Shown here piece after piece: positions 49,651 to 64,000 of a stretch of DNA of 64,000 nucleotides (its first letter is position 1; each line of letters begins with the position of its first letter). The translations under genes and the position numbers were made by a program. The DNA is from Octopus vulgaris. Lineage: Eukaryota. Where the stretch lies: contig OX597815.1 of NCBI GenBank assembly GCA_951406725.2, forward strand, positions 116,312,001-116,376,000, given 5' to 3'. The notes beneath the pieces were generated by a model. It had not been told where the DNA came from and searched no databases. It saw only the letters and a list, made by a program, of their open reading frames with translations.

Positions 49651-50358
49651 AAATGAAATAATTCGTACATGTCGATGAATAGTAAAATTTACTGATTGCC
49701 TGTCGGCTTCTTTCTGAAGTATGCTATAACTATTTAGTTATCTTCTTTCACCACCAACTCATCTTTTCCTAGTTTTCTTCTTTTTTTACCTTTTACTTTT
49801 GTTTTCTTGTAAAATTTCGCCTCCTAATTCCCTCCTCCATCTTTTCTTCCCCTCTAGCTCGTCACCTTCGTCCTCCTCTTTTCCTCAACCTCTCCCCCTC
49901 TGTAAAGGTGAAGGTAGTTATCTTTCATTTATCGTCGATCTGGATATGGTTTATAGTTGCACTTGAGTGATGCTATCCTATGTCACCATCATTATATAAT
50001 GATTTATTTGGCAAAATGTTTATCTTTTTTTATATAATCACACTACGTTTTTTCTTAAATTCCTCCCATTCTTTCTCCCTACTAACTCTCTCATTTCATA
50101 TGCATATGTGTGTTGTGCGTGTGCGTATGTGTGTCAGATAGAGAGAGAGTACATCATTTTAATAATGAAAATATCACTGTAGTCTCCCCAGGAGACAACA
50201 CTTGTCAAACAACAGTATAAACACATCTAACGCATGTTTAACAAATGTTATACATGAAACTTGAGCACTCGAGTTACGACTGCAGTGTGTGGCACACACA
50301 CACAGACGTGCGCACACACACAGACGTACGCACACATATACACACATTCACATACATT

Positions 50359-50524
50359 CAGGGCCAGCCCTAGGGTTGAGGCACCCCAAGCAAGCTGAAC
50401 TTTAGTGCCCTTACAAGAATAATTTTTTTAAACTTTCACTAGGAGAAAAACTGAAAATATAAACTAAAAAGTACATGGCACTCTGGGCGACTGCCTGAGT
50501 TGCTAGTACCTTGAGTAGGCCCTG
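50359..50524. mobile_element. hAT-like MITE
   Basis: CAGGGCC ... GGCCCTG termini. The 8-bp flanks CATACATT / CATGCATA resemble a decayed TSD. Confidence 0.5.
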
Positions 50525-50544
50525 CATGCATACATACATACAAA

Positions 50545-52862
50545 CAAAAACAATAAACAAAAAATGTAACTGGAGCCAGGCAGCAGTATACAGAAACATG
50601 AGAAGAGGAGTAGTGAACATCACAGAAGCTCCTTCATAAGAGATAGACTCCTTCTGGAGGAAAATCTGGAATGAAGAGAAGAGATTAATCAAGATGCTCT
50701 GTGGTTGGAAAAATCCAAAGTAGTTATTGCTCCTGCATTACACCCAAGACATATCCTTGCAACTGTAATCCAGAAACTCCAGGATGAAAAAGCACCTGGA
50801 AGAGACTTGATTGTTGGATGTTGGTACAAGAAGCTAACCTTCTACCAATCACATCTTATCAATCTGTACCAGCAAACTCTCAATGGGAACAGTAGCATAC
50901 CACAGTGGTTAGCTTTGGCAGAGATCCCCAAATGCAGAACCACCCACATGACAAAAAACTACTGGCCAATTGCATGCCAGAACTTAATGTGTAATTTAAG
51001 CATGCTTAAACCTCTTCCCCCAGAACCATTGTAAAACCAGTAACATCATCACAGCAGAACAAGCAGCTGGGAGGAAGGGAGTCTGGGGATGTGCTGAGCA
51101 ATTGTTAATCAACAAAACTGTGATGTCAGATGTGCAAGAACATTGGAGGAACCTAGTTTCAATGTGGCTAGACTACAAGAAAGCCTTTGACTCTGATCCC
51201 CACTCATGGAAGCTAGAAGCCCTTCAACTTACTAAAGTTCCAGTGAGGATAGTCAAAGCTATAGCTGACCTGGCGTCATCATGGGCCACCATCTTGAAAT
51301 TAAACTCAAAGGGTGACTGTATTATCACAGATAGAATACAGTATTGCAAAGGCATATTCCAAGGGGACTGCCTCTCTGTGATGTTGTTTATACTTTCTGT
51401 AAACCCCTTGTCATTCATCTTAAGGAAGTTTGAAGAATATCTCACAGGTTCACAAAGAAACAGAAATACCAAAATTAGACGCCTTCTTTGTGGATGACTT
51501 GAAACTTTATGCAAAGAATATGCACATGAGGGAAAAAGCCTTGACCTAGTTACAACATTCTCAAAGGATGTAGGGTTGGAGTTTGGCCAGGATAAACATT
51601 GTTATATGGTTGTAAAAAGTGGGATAACTGTAAATCAGACTAGCAATGACTTGACTCTATCTGATGAGGAATGTTACAGGTATCTAGGGGTGGATGAAAA
51701 CATATCTTACAATGGCACCTGTAACAAAACATATCACCAAAGAATATTACAGCTGAATAAAGAAAATTTGGTTCTCAGAACTCTCTGCATTCAATAAAAC
51801 AGTGGCCCACAATGATTTTGCAGTTCCAGTACTCAAACAAACATTTGGGATGCTTGATTGGATGCTTGATGAGATCCACGCCATTGATGTGAAAACCTGG
51901 AAAATACTAACAAGCACATATAATTTCCACATAAAGAGTGAGATTGAGCACCTCTTCCTAAAATAAAAACAAGGTGGCAGAGGCTTAACATCAATCCAAA
52001 ATGCCTTTGAATGTCATATCATATCCCTTTGGCAACATCTTTTAACCACCAAGAGCTGAAGTGCATCCCTTGACCAAATTTGTATACACGAGGTTGATAA
52101 CATCATAAGACTGTTATCATAAGGTTATCAGACAAGGAATGCTGCTCAAGGAGATGCCTTTCAAGACTTGAAAGGCATCTCCTTGAGCAGCATTCCTTGT
52201 CTGATAACCTTAAATGCATGCCCAGGGAAGTCACACAACTCTACTGCAACATATCATCAGATGAAAGGATGAGCATATATGTTAGTAGAAAGCTCGAAGA
52301 TGATAGTAACATTGATCATCAAAGCAATCTATCATGGATCTATAACTGGATAATACCTCCCACTTTGAAGGGTATGTGTTTGCAATCCATGAACAGGAAA
52401 TATCAACCAAATACTTGATGCACAAAAGGGATAGAGATGAAGGAAAAGCAATAAAATGTGACAACCACTGCAGACTTTGTGGAGTTAATATCGAAGATAT
52501 CACCCACATCCTAAGCAGTTGTCTGAAAATGTTATCACAGTATTATCCACCAATGAGTCATGATGTTGTAGCTAGGACACTCTATAATGAAATCCATAGG
52601 CAGGATAACCCCAAGGACAAAGAAATAAGAATGCACAGTATAGTAGAAGCCATAGTCACTCATAATAAAAAGGAGTACTGGGAGAATGTCCCAGTGAAAA
52701 CCCCAATAAAATGTAAGCACAACAATGATTTTGGATAAAGAAGAGAAACTGTGCACAGTTGAGGAAATTAGCTGCCCAGCAGATGTTAACAGAAAGCTGA
52801 AAATCAGTGAAAAAGAGAATACCTATGCTGAACTATTGAGAAATCTGCAGTTACTCTATCCA
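50545..52862 (+). mobile_element. R4/Dong-type non-LTR retrotransposon remnant (RT + CCHC + RLE)
   Basis: Reads KAPGRDLI, NYWPIAC, WLDYKKAFDS.PH, GIFQGDCLS..LF, CRLCG..IEDITHILSSC, HDVVAR and EISCPAD..K..EKENTY. Confidence 0.88.
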
Positions 52863-54455
52863 AGTGACAAGAAAGTTGTCACAGATCTTGATCAAGAACA
52901 AGGATCACTTTACCCCAATGAAGTACAGACAACTGACTCAACACTACAGTAAACTACCACACATGTATGGTCTTCTTAAGATTCACAAGGATGGTATTCC
53001 ATTAAGACCTATAGTGAGCTGTAGAGGTTCAGCATATCATCCACTGAGCTGCTTCCTTGTGGATATAATCAGTCCATTAGCAGGGAAGTCAACATCGTAT
53101 ATGAAGAATTCCACCCACTTCACAAAATTGATCAAGGATATACCCACTGAATCCAACCAAACGGTGAGTCTAGATGTGATAAGTCTGTTCACCTAAGTCC
53201 CAACTGGTGAAGCACTATCGGTGATTCAAGAAAAACTAGTGACAGACACCCATCTAAAAGAACGCACTAGTATACCAATAAGAAACTTGATGGAAATGTT
53301 GACCTTCTGTATAGAAACTACCTACCTCAGTATGGACACTGATATATATTGACAAGAAGTGGGTTTAGCTATGGGTTCGCTATTATCAACGATAATAGCC
53401 AATATATACATGGAATACTTTGAGAATTTGGCTTTAGGAACAACACCACTAAAACCAACCCTATGGCTGCGATATGCTGATGACATCTTCATATTCTGGC
53501 CCCACCAGGAAGATGTCCAAGTGCTGATAGATCATATGAACTCAATAAAGCCATCCATACATGTTTGCAATGGAAAAAGGAAAAGACAATCAGCTAGCAT
53601 TCCTGGACGTATTGATAACACGCATTAAGTATGGATTCATGACATTCGTATACCACATGCTGATCTTCACTTGTTGATACCTCAACTTCAGCTCCCACCA
53701 TCCAGACAGTGTACAGAGAGGAATTGCTCAGTGCCTAAAACATCGAGCAATGAATATAAGTAGCGATCGTGATACCCACCATGAAGAAATTATCAAGCTC
53801 AGTAACGATCCATTAAGCAACAACTACACCAAAAGCATACTCTCCACTTCAATTAGGAAGAAAAGAGAGGATGAAACCGATAAACTAGCCACAGTCTGTC
53901 TACCCTATGTAAAAGGCTCCTCCGAAAAGATACAAAAGCTATGCGGCCCATATGACACTAAGACAGTATTCAAAAGTAATACAACACTTCACAAATATCT
54001 CCTTCGAGTAAAACCAACAATAGAAGAGAATATGACTAAGAACTGTGTGTACTCCATCCCATGCAGCTGTGGTAGGTTATACAGAGGCGAAACATGCCAC
54101 CCCCTCAAAATAAGGGTAGAGGAACATCGCAAAGCTGTGACACAGGAAGATATTGATAGATTGGGCATAGCTGATCATGTATGGAAAAATCCCTGTGGGA
54201 TGAAGTTAAAATAATAGACAGAGAACACCACTGGAAAATATGAAAACTAAAAGAAGCAGCACATATGCTAGGACACAACAACCTCCTAAGCAGACTTAGC
54301 GCAGATATGAGCAGTATATGGGAACCGGTATTAAGGAAGGATAGGAGAATGAATATTAGATTTATAAGCCCTAAAATTCACTCCATAATTGCCCACAGGC
54401 ATATAGCGTAGTGGTTAAAAGTGCGGTAATAATAATGATAATAATGATGATGATG

Positions 54456-54602
<147 letters not shown>

Positions 54603-54650
54603 TCGAAAAATAACTTAGGAATGTTATTATAGGCTCGAAATTTTCCCAAG

Positions 54651-54694
54651 ACACCTGATGAAGGCTGGAGGGTATATCAGCCGAAATGTTGCGT
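54651..54694 (+). ncRNA. Minimal type I hammerhead motif at the PLE 3' end
   Basis: ACAC CTGATGA A GGCTG gagggtatat CAGCC GAAA TG TT GCGT. The 5-bp stem II is perfect; stems I and III each carry one likely substitution. Confidence 0.7.
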
Positions 54695-56179
54695 TAACAA
54701 CAAACAAGCTGACAAATATCCGTCAATTGTAAATAATGTACTATAGATATATAGTATTTACTCTGCCATGTAGAGTATAGAATGGAATGAAATGCTGCTG
54801 CTGCTGCTTACCCAAAGTAACCATGTGTCCTGAAATGATATATGGTAGCCCAAATATCCTCAGCTAGAAAATATATTATTTCTTTCAAACATTCTTGAAT
54901 CTTTTCGGTTTGGACTAGAAATTATGTTACAAACTGCCGTTCAAACCGAAAATATCCACATTCTTTGTACTCTTACTCTGCACATCTGAGGATGGGAACA
55001 CATTCTACTCCTGCGAAACTGTGTCAACCTATTATCATATAACACCAACTAAATGTGTTGGACGCTACATTCTTCGTGTGTTCATCCATAAGTGCAAACA
55101 GGCAGGCAGGTAGGCAGACAGAGAGATACATAGGCTACTTTCTCCATTCGAATAACGTCGAAGACTACTACTAATAAATATCAAGGTCCCACGATGCTTG
55201 GTAGAAATATGAGTCCTTTAGCCTTTCGACGGTGATACCGCTACATCAAATTGCAATCCTTCTTTAATGAAAATTAACTGTTTCATTTTAGCTCGGCTTC
55301 ATTTATATACGAACTTTGGATCTAATTGTTTGTCAAGGGGACAGCTTTACAAGAACATCGCAGTCAATGATAATTCAATTGATGCATAGAAAATATTAAT
55401 AATGATAATAATTTATCATAAAGACAGGAAGTGCATCTGATACTTTCACTTGTATAACACGCAAGCTCATAAATCTAATAATTATTTGACAGCAGCTATC
55501 ATCTATGATGTAATAATTTCTATTCATATCCGATAGTGTTAACTGCATGTTCATTATTGAAGCTAATCCGGATGTATGTGTGTTTGTGTGTGTGTGTACG
55601 TACGTACATACACACATTACATATTAAATTTTTTGTTACTTGTTTCAGTCATTGGATTGCGGCCAAACTGGGGCATTGTGCTGAAAGGTTTTTAGTCGAT
55701 CAAATCGATTACAATACGAGTTAGTTATTTACTATCTTTGGACCGACAGATTTAAAAAATAAATTTTTTGTAACTAAACACTTTCAAACTTCGGACACTG
55801 GTAGAATGTGTCATATAAAACATCTTTGACTCTTAGCATTTTTGAGAAAAGCTTATATGTAGGAAGTTATTTCACGTTAAAGTTGTCGTATTTCGGTAAT
55901 TTCAACCAATCAATGATCTTTTATTTCACGATCGTTACCTAAAGATACGGCCTTTCTTTGTCAACTTCATAGAGATGCATCTACAATAAAGTCCGACACT
56001 ACTTAGAGAAACTATAAAATGAAATTGTATTTGAAACATATACAAATTATTACACTTCTAAAGCAGTGTCTGTTCAATATTCGTTAAATCACTGAAAATT
56101 TTCGTGATTCTACTTTCTTCGATGTAGCTTAGTTTAGTTCTTCACTCTCTTCATCGAACATTGGGGACAAAAGACCTCC

Positions 56180-57250
56180 ACTCGCTACGGCCGCAAACAC
56201 TGTCACGTGTCTGCTCTTTGGTCAAGCTCATATCAGCCAGATTCTCTACATTTTTCAGCGAGGTCTTAATAGGTCTCCTTGCTTCCTAAACTCCTTACCT
56301 AACTTCCACTCGTGACTGACTTTCAACGATGATCACTTCACGAGCATGCGCAGCATCTTCTGCTGTTTTACTGTAAGGTTATTCTGGAGATTACACAGCC
56401 TGGTCCATTTTATGACTTTTTTGTAATCGAAGGCATTTACAGCTTGAGAAATTTTTAGTTTTGTCCCCAATGTTCGATGAAGACATCTGTATTCTTTTCC
56501 TATGTCACGCAAATGTTAAGTTACTGTCAGCATGGCATCTGTTATATACAGGTAGAGTTTGTGATTCAGCTAATACAAGCTTTTCAGGTGTTGGAAGAGA
56601 GTTGCAGCTTTGCCAAGTCTCTTCTTCCCATTAGTTTCTGAGTAATATTACTGCCCAGGTTCACAAAGGTGTTAACGATCTCTAACATCTGTTCTTCTCG
56701 CCGGACTGGACTCCACTTTCGTCTTTTCATTGCTGATCCGAAGACCGAGCTTTGAGCTACTGTTGCTGAGACTGGTGATTAAGACAAATTACCAGAGACC
56801 TGGTACTAAAGAATCTCAGATCGTCAGCGAAGTCAAAGTCAGTGAGACTCCCTTATTTCCATTTGATACCATACATTTGATCTTCTATAGAATTCCTCGT
56901 GATGAATCCATCATCAGCAGGAAGAAAACAAAGTTAGCATATCTCTGACGGCCCTGTTCTCATCTTTGCTTTTGAAATAGCAATATGTCTTCCGGTAAAG
57001 TGATAATCTGATGTTAAAACTTTATATACTTTATATAGCACAACGGTCTTACATAGATATTCCATGTACACCTGTCGAAAACTTCTTAAAGTCAATGAAG
57101 TTGACCATAAGCGACAGCTGAGACTCGTAGCGCAGCTCTATGTTGCGTAATGTAACGGTTCATTCATTACACGACTTTCCATTCCTGAATTTCGCCTCGA
57201 CTTCTCGTAAATGCTCAAACACTTCCTTTAGAAAGGTAAGAGGGACACTA
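56180..57250 (-). mobile_element. Ancient LINE RT remnant (RTE-like)
   Basis: Minus strand: VNFIDFKKFS at ~57075-57105 and LTDFDFADDL at ~56817-56846. Confidence 0.55.
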
Positions 57251-58319
57251 CAGAATCTAGTAGACTTCGTAATAGTTTGCTGCTAGGCCGTTTTGTTTAA
57301 TTAGTACACTTACCATTCTCTATAATAACTTACTTGTCCAAAACTTATAATTTTCATTTAATACCATATCTAAAAGGGCTCAGAAAGTTGCTATAGACGT
57401 TCAAAAGGGAACATTTTGCCAAAGTATTCTGCAAAAACTGAATCGAGGTTATTCCATTCCAGCTTTTGCATTGCTCAGAGTTCTTTTCTTGAACAATGTT
57501 ATTATCACAACTTTACTCCAGAACTTGTCGACTTCATCATCATGCCATGCAAAGATGTCTCGACTTTTTTTGCGGCAGCATCACTCTGTGCAAAATGTTC
57601 CTCTTTGAATTTCCTCTAACATCTTTTCTTTCTGCTTATCCTTTTAAATACGGTTATGAAATGAAAATTATAAGTTAATAAAAGTAAAAAAGTGTAGGGG
57701 AGAGCAAACGTACAAATAAAATAAGGCGAACGAGCAACAAACTATTACGAAGTCTACCAGATTCAAAACTAATCAGTTTTTGTCATTGATTTTGAACCGA
57801 ATTGAGGCAGAAGTGCTCGTTTAATTACTTTCTTTGTAAATATTTATTTCTTGAGTTAGTCCTGTGGTAATGGCGGCTTAATGCTGACTGTGCACACAAC
57901 TGCGGAAAAAGTGTAACCTTAGAAACTAATTTAGAAGTGTTACAGAGATTTCGACAATGGACAACGAGCACGAATAATTCGTCATATTAGTAAAAAACAA
58001 TTCAAATTACCCCTCCCCATCCAAAAAAAACTTCAAGGCAAGCACCATGCTGAAGAAGACAAAGAAAGTGATGATGTAGAACCACCATGCATTTTAACAA
58101 TTAAACGTTTATCCAAGTTTTTCCAGTTTTTAGCAAAAACTATAGCCTTTTTCAATGATAAAGACCCTCAAAGGCAAGAGAAATTCAAATGCGAGCAAGT
58201 TGATAAGTGAATTAAAAAATAAGCTACAAAATAGTATACAAACAGAAGGAAACGGCATAACAAACCTTGGACGTGTTTTTTCAAGTAAAAATCATTGGTT
58301 TTTATTACATGTATTTAGA

Positions 58320-58750
58320 CGTGAAAGTGCGTGGCCTGGTGTTAAGGGTCTTACATACCAGATCGTGGTTTCGATTCCCATACCGGGCGGTGAGTTGTGC
58401 TCTTGAGAAAAACACTTCGTTCCACGTGGCTCGAGTTTGTAGCAGAAGCATGTTCGCTCCTTACCTCTAGGCCCGCATTTTGACCCATCACCTGATGTTC
58501 CAGTCTATCTAGCTTTAGAAATGCTTTAGGGCGACGAGCTGGTAGAAACGTTAGCACGCCGGGCAAAATACTTAGCGGTATTTCGTCCGTCTTTACGTTC
58601 TGAGTTCAAATTCTGCCGAGGTCGACTTTGCTTTTCATCCTTTCGGAGTCGATGAAATAAGTACCAGTTACGCACTGGGGTCGATGTAATCGACTTAATC
58701 CCTTTGTTTGTCCTTGTTTAGCCCCCTGGGAGCAATAAATAAAGAAATAA
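58320..58750 (+). mobile_element. Two adjacent tRNA-derived SINEs
   Basis: 58320-58430 has a GTGGTTTCGATTCCC B box. 58529-58750 reads GGCGAGCTGGTAGAAACGTTAGCACGCCGGGC...GAGTTCAAATTC. Confidence 0.75.
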
Positions 58751-59117
58751 TAGAAATGCTTTGAGTCTTTATTTAAGAATTTGGTGATACTTTCGTGACT
58801 ATGAATACAGGGTAGGAATATTTCTTTGTTTATATCGTTGAACACCTGGTAAAATTAGCGTCGCTTTATTCTTACGTTTCATTTGAAGTAGCCATATCAA
58901 TGATATTGATAGTGCTACGAAGCTTTAGCAGGCCCGGAGCTATAGTTGAAAACAGTTGCCCAATGTGCCGTGCAATGGGACCGAACTCGAAACTTCATGG
59001 TTGGAAAGCAATCGAATAAAAGCGCGTACTGACACGCACTCAGCACATAGAAATGTGTACGTATGCATGTTTATGTGTGTGTATTTTTGTGCATGTACAG
59101 ATGCTAATATCTTGCCT

Positions 59118-59179
<62 letters not shown>

Positions 59180-59303
59180 TTAAATATCTATATGTAACGA
59201 TATGTATATAAGTATGGGTGCATGAGTATGTATGTGCTCTTTGTTCAGTTAATGTATATGAGCGTGAGTATATATGTATGTATATTATATGTGACTATGT
59301 GTG

Positions 59304-59360
<57 letters not shown>

Positions 59361-59762
59361 GTATATATATACACACACACTTAATGTTTGTGTGATGTGT
59401 ATATGTATCTTGTGTGTGTGTAAATGAAACTATCTTTCTGCTCTTTCTTTCTATTTCACGACTGACTTCAAAATGTTGACTTGTTCTTAAAGCCAGCTTT
59501 TAGTAATTCTATTTAGCCTTGTAAGATTTCGATCTTTTGTGTTTTGTCTGCTTTTTAGTTCAGGCTTTTGTATCATTCGTCTGGACTATTCAACACTTCT
59601 GTTGTGGCTTTTGCCTTTGTTCACAGACTATATTACTTGATGAAAGGTCGGTCACTTCCTTTTCGAGTTATCAAGTTTCATCTTGATCATCCGTTTCTAG
59701 TTAGAGCAATATCCTAAGTCCTGGGTCATCCATCTAATGTGGATACACACACACGCACACGC

Positions 59763-59798
<36 letters not shown>

Positions 59799-59987
59799 AT
59801 ATACACGAAATATATTTACTCACTACCCATACATGCACAAGCGGACACATACTCATGCATGCGTACGAAAATAAGAAAAGAAGAAATTTTTATAAAAAAG
59901 ATGAGTTTTTAAAAAATCAAAAGCCGTGAAACCCCTGATATAATAATGCTATTAATAACTATTCATATGGCTAATACTAGCATCTGC

Positions 59988-60147
59988 CAGAGGCGGACCC
60001 AAGGGAGGGGGGCTGAGGGGCACGTTCCCCTCCCCCTCAAGAAAAGAAGTGCGCCCTTTTAAACAATGTTATTATGACCTTTTCTCCTGGAATTATATTC
60101 CTTCTGACCTTGTGCTTACCTTCAAAAAATTTTTGGGACCACGCCTG
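59988..60147. mobile_element. Possible hAT-like MITE
   Basis: CAGAGGCGGACCCAAGG ... TTTGGGACCACGCCTG termini. Confidence 0.4.
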
Positions 60148-61038
60148 TCTGAAGCAGGTGGATCATCAACCAGTACAATAAAGTTAAACAGTCCAACACC
60201 CTTGTCTTCCCAATCGTAATTTATGGCTCAGAAACATAGACCTAAACTCTAGAGATATACGCAAATAGGAAGTGTTTGAAATAGTCTATTCTGAGGGTGT
60301 CATTATGAAACAACTGTAGAAATACTTCCTTAAGAAAATCACTTCACGCGACATGCACTGTTACTGGCGCATATATCATCACAACTGTCCGACGAATGGT
60401 AACTTGAAACTGATTGAGTTTTGTGATAATTTTACCAATTTAATAAAAGTTCAAGATTAATTAGTTACCTATGAAGAAACCCAAACAATACCAAAGGAAA
60501 CGATCCTCACAAAATATCTACAAGAATGAAAGTCTAAAATATAAGAAATTCACAATCGTGCACAGCATATGTGCATTCCCATCATCTGCTGCCCAAACAT
60601 ATATCACTATGGTTTCGACACCTGGGCAATACCATTAAACCTGGTGGTGGTTATAGCATTAAGAATATAAACACAGCGTGGGAATCTACCAGCTTATTAC
60701 TACAGGTAACAACATAAGAGTAAACAAATGGTGATAACTTATAGCTACAAATAATATTTATAATAAAAAAAAAAACTAATTCCTAAAAGGACATTCAGAC
60801 AATACAACAAACGTAGACAACTAGATACTTTGTTTCTTAATCAACATCCCATCACGAACATGTCACACACAAGAATAAGATAATGCTTGGGTTGCCATAT
60901 CTGAAAAGTCAGAATCCAGGGCACCTCCACTAACAGTTACCGCGATTCTCCGAAACCTCAACACTCTTTGAGTCTTTGGGGTTATGTGTGTGCGTGCGTG
61001 TGTATGTATGTGTGCTTGTGTGTGTGTGTTGTGTGTGT

Positions 61039-61079
<41 letters not shown>

Positions 61080-61839
61080 TGTGTTATACAAAGGTCTCGC
61101 ATTATAGATTATGTGTGTGTGTAATTTTTAAAGTGATGGAAGCTGAAATTTGGGATTTTTGAATAATTTTAAAAATTCTTCCTGAATGCAAATTTTAACA
61201 CCTGAATTCAGGACATGTCCTAGAAAACAAAGCACGTATGCCAACCCCCAGTAATGATTAGTCGCAATAACGGTAGAAAAAGATTGATGGATACATGCGG
61301 GGGAGTGAAGGTCGCGAGGTGTATCAGACGTGACGTAATCTCTTCTTGGTCAGGTTTTGTTATGAAAGAGAGACATTAATAGCAGATATATATTTCTGGT
61401 AGAAAGGAGAAAGCAAGCAAGTATCATGTACGTGATCTGATGCAATATCCCGATAGTCAAGCATCATGATGAGAACGAAGCACAAGATGATGGTAGGAAA
61501 ATGATAGCGAGGGGTGAAAAACGAGAGATAAGATATGTACTAAATGATGGTAGGAGAGAGAGAAATAGGAAGAGAGAGAGAGAGGGAGAGAATTCTTTTT
61601 ACCTTTTCACTTACAGATTGTATTTTTTTATATTTTATACATTTTTCCTTTGAACTGCTAAGTTTATTATACAACAGATCACATTTTAAATTAAAACATT
61701 TATATACAAAAAAAAAAATAGAAAAGATGAAAGATAAAAAAGGAAAAGAAAGTAAATAGGTGGGGTAAAGCAGCAGAATTTGGAGGGGGAGGGGCTATAC
61801 ACCTAGGAATAAATGGTGTGATCAGCTGCGCCTCGCAGT

Positions 61840-62550
61840 AATGACCGCGATGGCGTTGCCGCGGAAAATGGTTAGCGATACACGTTGCAGCAGTCACTCC
61901 GCCTTGCGAGGTTCATTTCTCAGTCGGGCCGCTGTTATCCCGATTTTGTGGAGGAAATCGGTAGTACGGGGTTCGAGAATATCTGACGTTTCGACGGCAG
62001 CCGGCACAAACTGTTAGCGGCCGGTCAGACACCTGTGTTTATTGACTTTTCTCTCCTCTGCGTTACGGGCAGCGACACCAAAGTTTGCAGCTGATACAGC
62101 AAGGTTGGAACCGGAGAACATGTTGCTGAACGTCGCATCCCAGACTAGAGATCTGCCTCCCTCGAATGGGAAGAATGTAATTCTGTCGGAGTGCTTACCG
62201 CCCCCTTAGGTTTAGACCTGCTGGCTCCAGCTGAGACGAGAAGCAGCCGCGTCAAAGTCCCTTCTGGTTATGTCTTTCAGAGCGGCGTGTCGGAGGAAAA
62301 CGAGTCGCGCTAAGGCTGCAGGATAATTAATGCAGGCCGAATCCAACTACTACTGACAGTTGTGCGGTTCATATACGCGGAGACCGAGGTGATGGGCCAC
62401 TCCAATGCGAGTGCATTCATCATGTAGAAGGATACCGGAAGATGAGACGGGCACCGAATTGAGCTATGCGTCGCTATTTGGCTGCGAGGTGGAATGGAAG
62501 CAGGCAAGGTGGTGCTGTCTCTAACCGCTTGAAGGTAGACTTGCATCTGA
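61840..62550 (-). mobile_element. CRE-like non-LTR retrotransposon 3' remnant (RLE domain)
   Basis: Minus strand: GKHSDRITFFPFEGGRSLVWDAT, AARNAEERKVNKH, FVPAAVET, LLQRVSLTIFRGNA. Confidence 0.75.
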
Positions 62551-62897
62551 TGTCATCCCAGTTACGCTGGGTATTTGTATTCTGGCAGAGAAGTTCTCTT
62601 TGAACTCCTATGCATTATGATCTGAAATGTAAGATCTTCTTTACCCTGATGATTTATCCAATGTTGATTACCGCCATGACGGCCGCATATTTTGATGAAC
62701 TACAACATTAAGATGGATCTCGGAGCCCCCAGAAACACTTATAACACCTTTCTTCCTCCCTTTTAATTTTCTCTGTCGCTTGTACTCTGTGTAAGTTGGA
62801 TCTATTAATATAAATATCTGTATATTTATGCTTAAATATTTATCGTCTGAGAGTCTCCACCTTTTGCTTTCTCTCGTTTTGCATGTATCTGTATATG

Positions 62898-63480
62898 CTA
62901 GCAGCTTAGCCCGGTTTCACCCGGTCGGTTTGGATGATGTGGCTGTAAAACCTGTTCTGTGTAAGCATTCGACTTGTTTGAGCACGCTTACGTTAAAAAA
63001 CAATTCTAGAATTACTTTTTTCTGTCAAAACGCTAAGAATAGCTGACCAACAAAAAAACAACAACCAAGATTCAACCAAATCAAAAAATAAACCCAAATA
63101 TTAAACGAACAAAGATGAACCATCCCACTTCCATTGCGCGCACGCACGCACGCACACACACACACACATTCACATACCCCCTTTTACATACACACACATA
63201 TATTCACACAGAGTTTAAACGCTGTTTGATTTATTTTTTCAGCGTACAATTTTCGTCATCCCACTACCAAGTATGACATCACCCCTTCCTTTCTCATCCA
63301 TAAACACAAGAGTATTATTACAGTAGGTTATCTCGGTAACCATGGCAGCTATGAAAAAAATAGTCCAGCATCACCACCGGATCATTCTACACATTTGTAA
63401 TTTTTTGCGCAATTCCACCCAGCTGTCTGACCGTGAATCCCAAGACAAGAAAGAATCGCCCATGTCAAATTTATATGTAT
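62898..63480 (+). mobile_element. Possible non-autonomous Helitron/Helentron-type element
   Basis: 5' end CTAGCAG..AGCCCGGTTTCACCCGG, internal microsatellite, 3' end ..TTTATATGTATAG. Confidence 0.4.
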
Positions 63481-63619
63481 AGAAAAAATATATATATATA
63501 CGTTTTGTATTTTATACCCAAACTGTCATATTTAATATATCTAATTTGTTCATCTGCATAATCCCCACCTCTCTCTGTATACATACATACATACATACAT
63601 ACATACATACATACATACA

Positions 63620-63650
<31 letters not shown>

Positions 63651-63689
63651 GTGCATGCATACATATATACATACATACATACTTTGCAT

Positions 63690-63966
63690 ATTCTTCCTAG
63701 GCAAGGTTGTTTATGGAAGATCAGCAGTCACCCATGCATACCGACCCCGCCTCTCCACGCCACCAATGTTATCCAAGGGAAAGCAAAGGCCGATACCGCT
63801 TGGCATCAGTGACGCCGTAACTCATTTCTATAGCTGGTGTGAACTGGAGCAACATAAAATAAAGTGTCTTGTTGAAGATCACAACACGTAACCCAGTCCA
63901 TGAATCGAACTCACAACCTCACGATTATAAGCCCGACGCTCTAACCACTGAGTTATGCGCCTTCAC
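63690..63966 (-). mobile_element. tRNA-derived SINE
   Basis: Minus strand: GAAGGCGCATAACTCAGTGGTTAGAGCGTCGGGC...GAGTTCGATTC, then a CAAGACACTTTATTT core. Confidence 0.8.
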
Positions 63967-64000
63967 ACACGTGCGCGCGCACACACGCACACATACATAC

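Noticed and set aside
49670-49710. Possible decayed hammerhead (CGATGA..AGTAAA/TTTACT)
   Set aside because: The GAAA box is missing; only a hairpin remains.
54970-55030. Hammerhead-like CTGAGGA..GGA/TCC..GAAACTGTGTC
   Set aside because: The core words are present but no stem I can be paired. It is too degenerate to call.

Overview
Eukaryotic, AT-rich, repeat-saturated DNA. The tRNA-derived SINE families and microsatellite load suggest a cephalopod such as Octopus; this is an inference from pattern recognition, not a database result. No host gene can be supported. The window is a mosaic of microsatellites, SINEs, RTE, R4/Dong and CRE-type non-LTR remnants, Tc1/mariner and pogo/Tigger remnants, MITEs, and at least six Penelope-like elements (PLEs). 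One PLE is a 5'-truncated but almost undecayed RT + GIY-YIG copy at 38094-42905. The standout signal is RNA-level: about 18 type I hammerhead ribozyme (HHR) motifs, intact or degenerate, can be read by eye. Four complete ones lie in a young array of ~491-bp non-coding tandem units (19949-22348) that flips orientation inside the ribozyme's own stem II and is embedded in (TA)n. This is the architecture of a non-LTR retrozyme, a self-cleaving, potentially circRNA-producing element that would rely on PLE RT in trans. Several smaller fold-back elements in (TA)n runs are also centred on HHRs, including a near-perfect palindrome with one HHR on each strand (10664-10794). Two A-depleted, G-rich islands in the PLE 3' region look like A-to-G hyper-conversion, either fixed ADAR editing or a consensus artefact.
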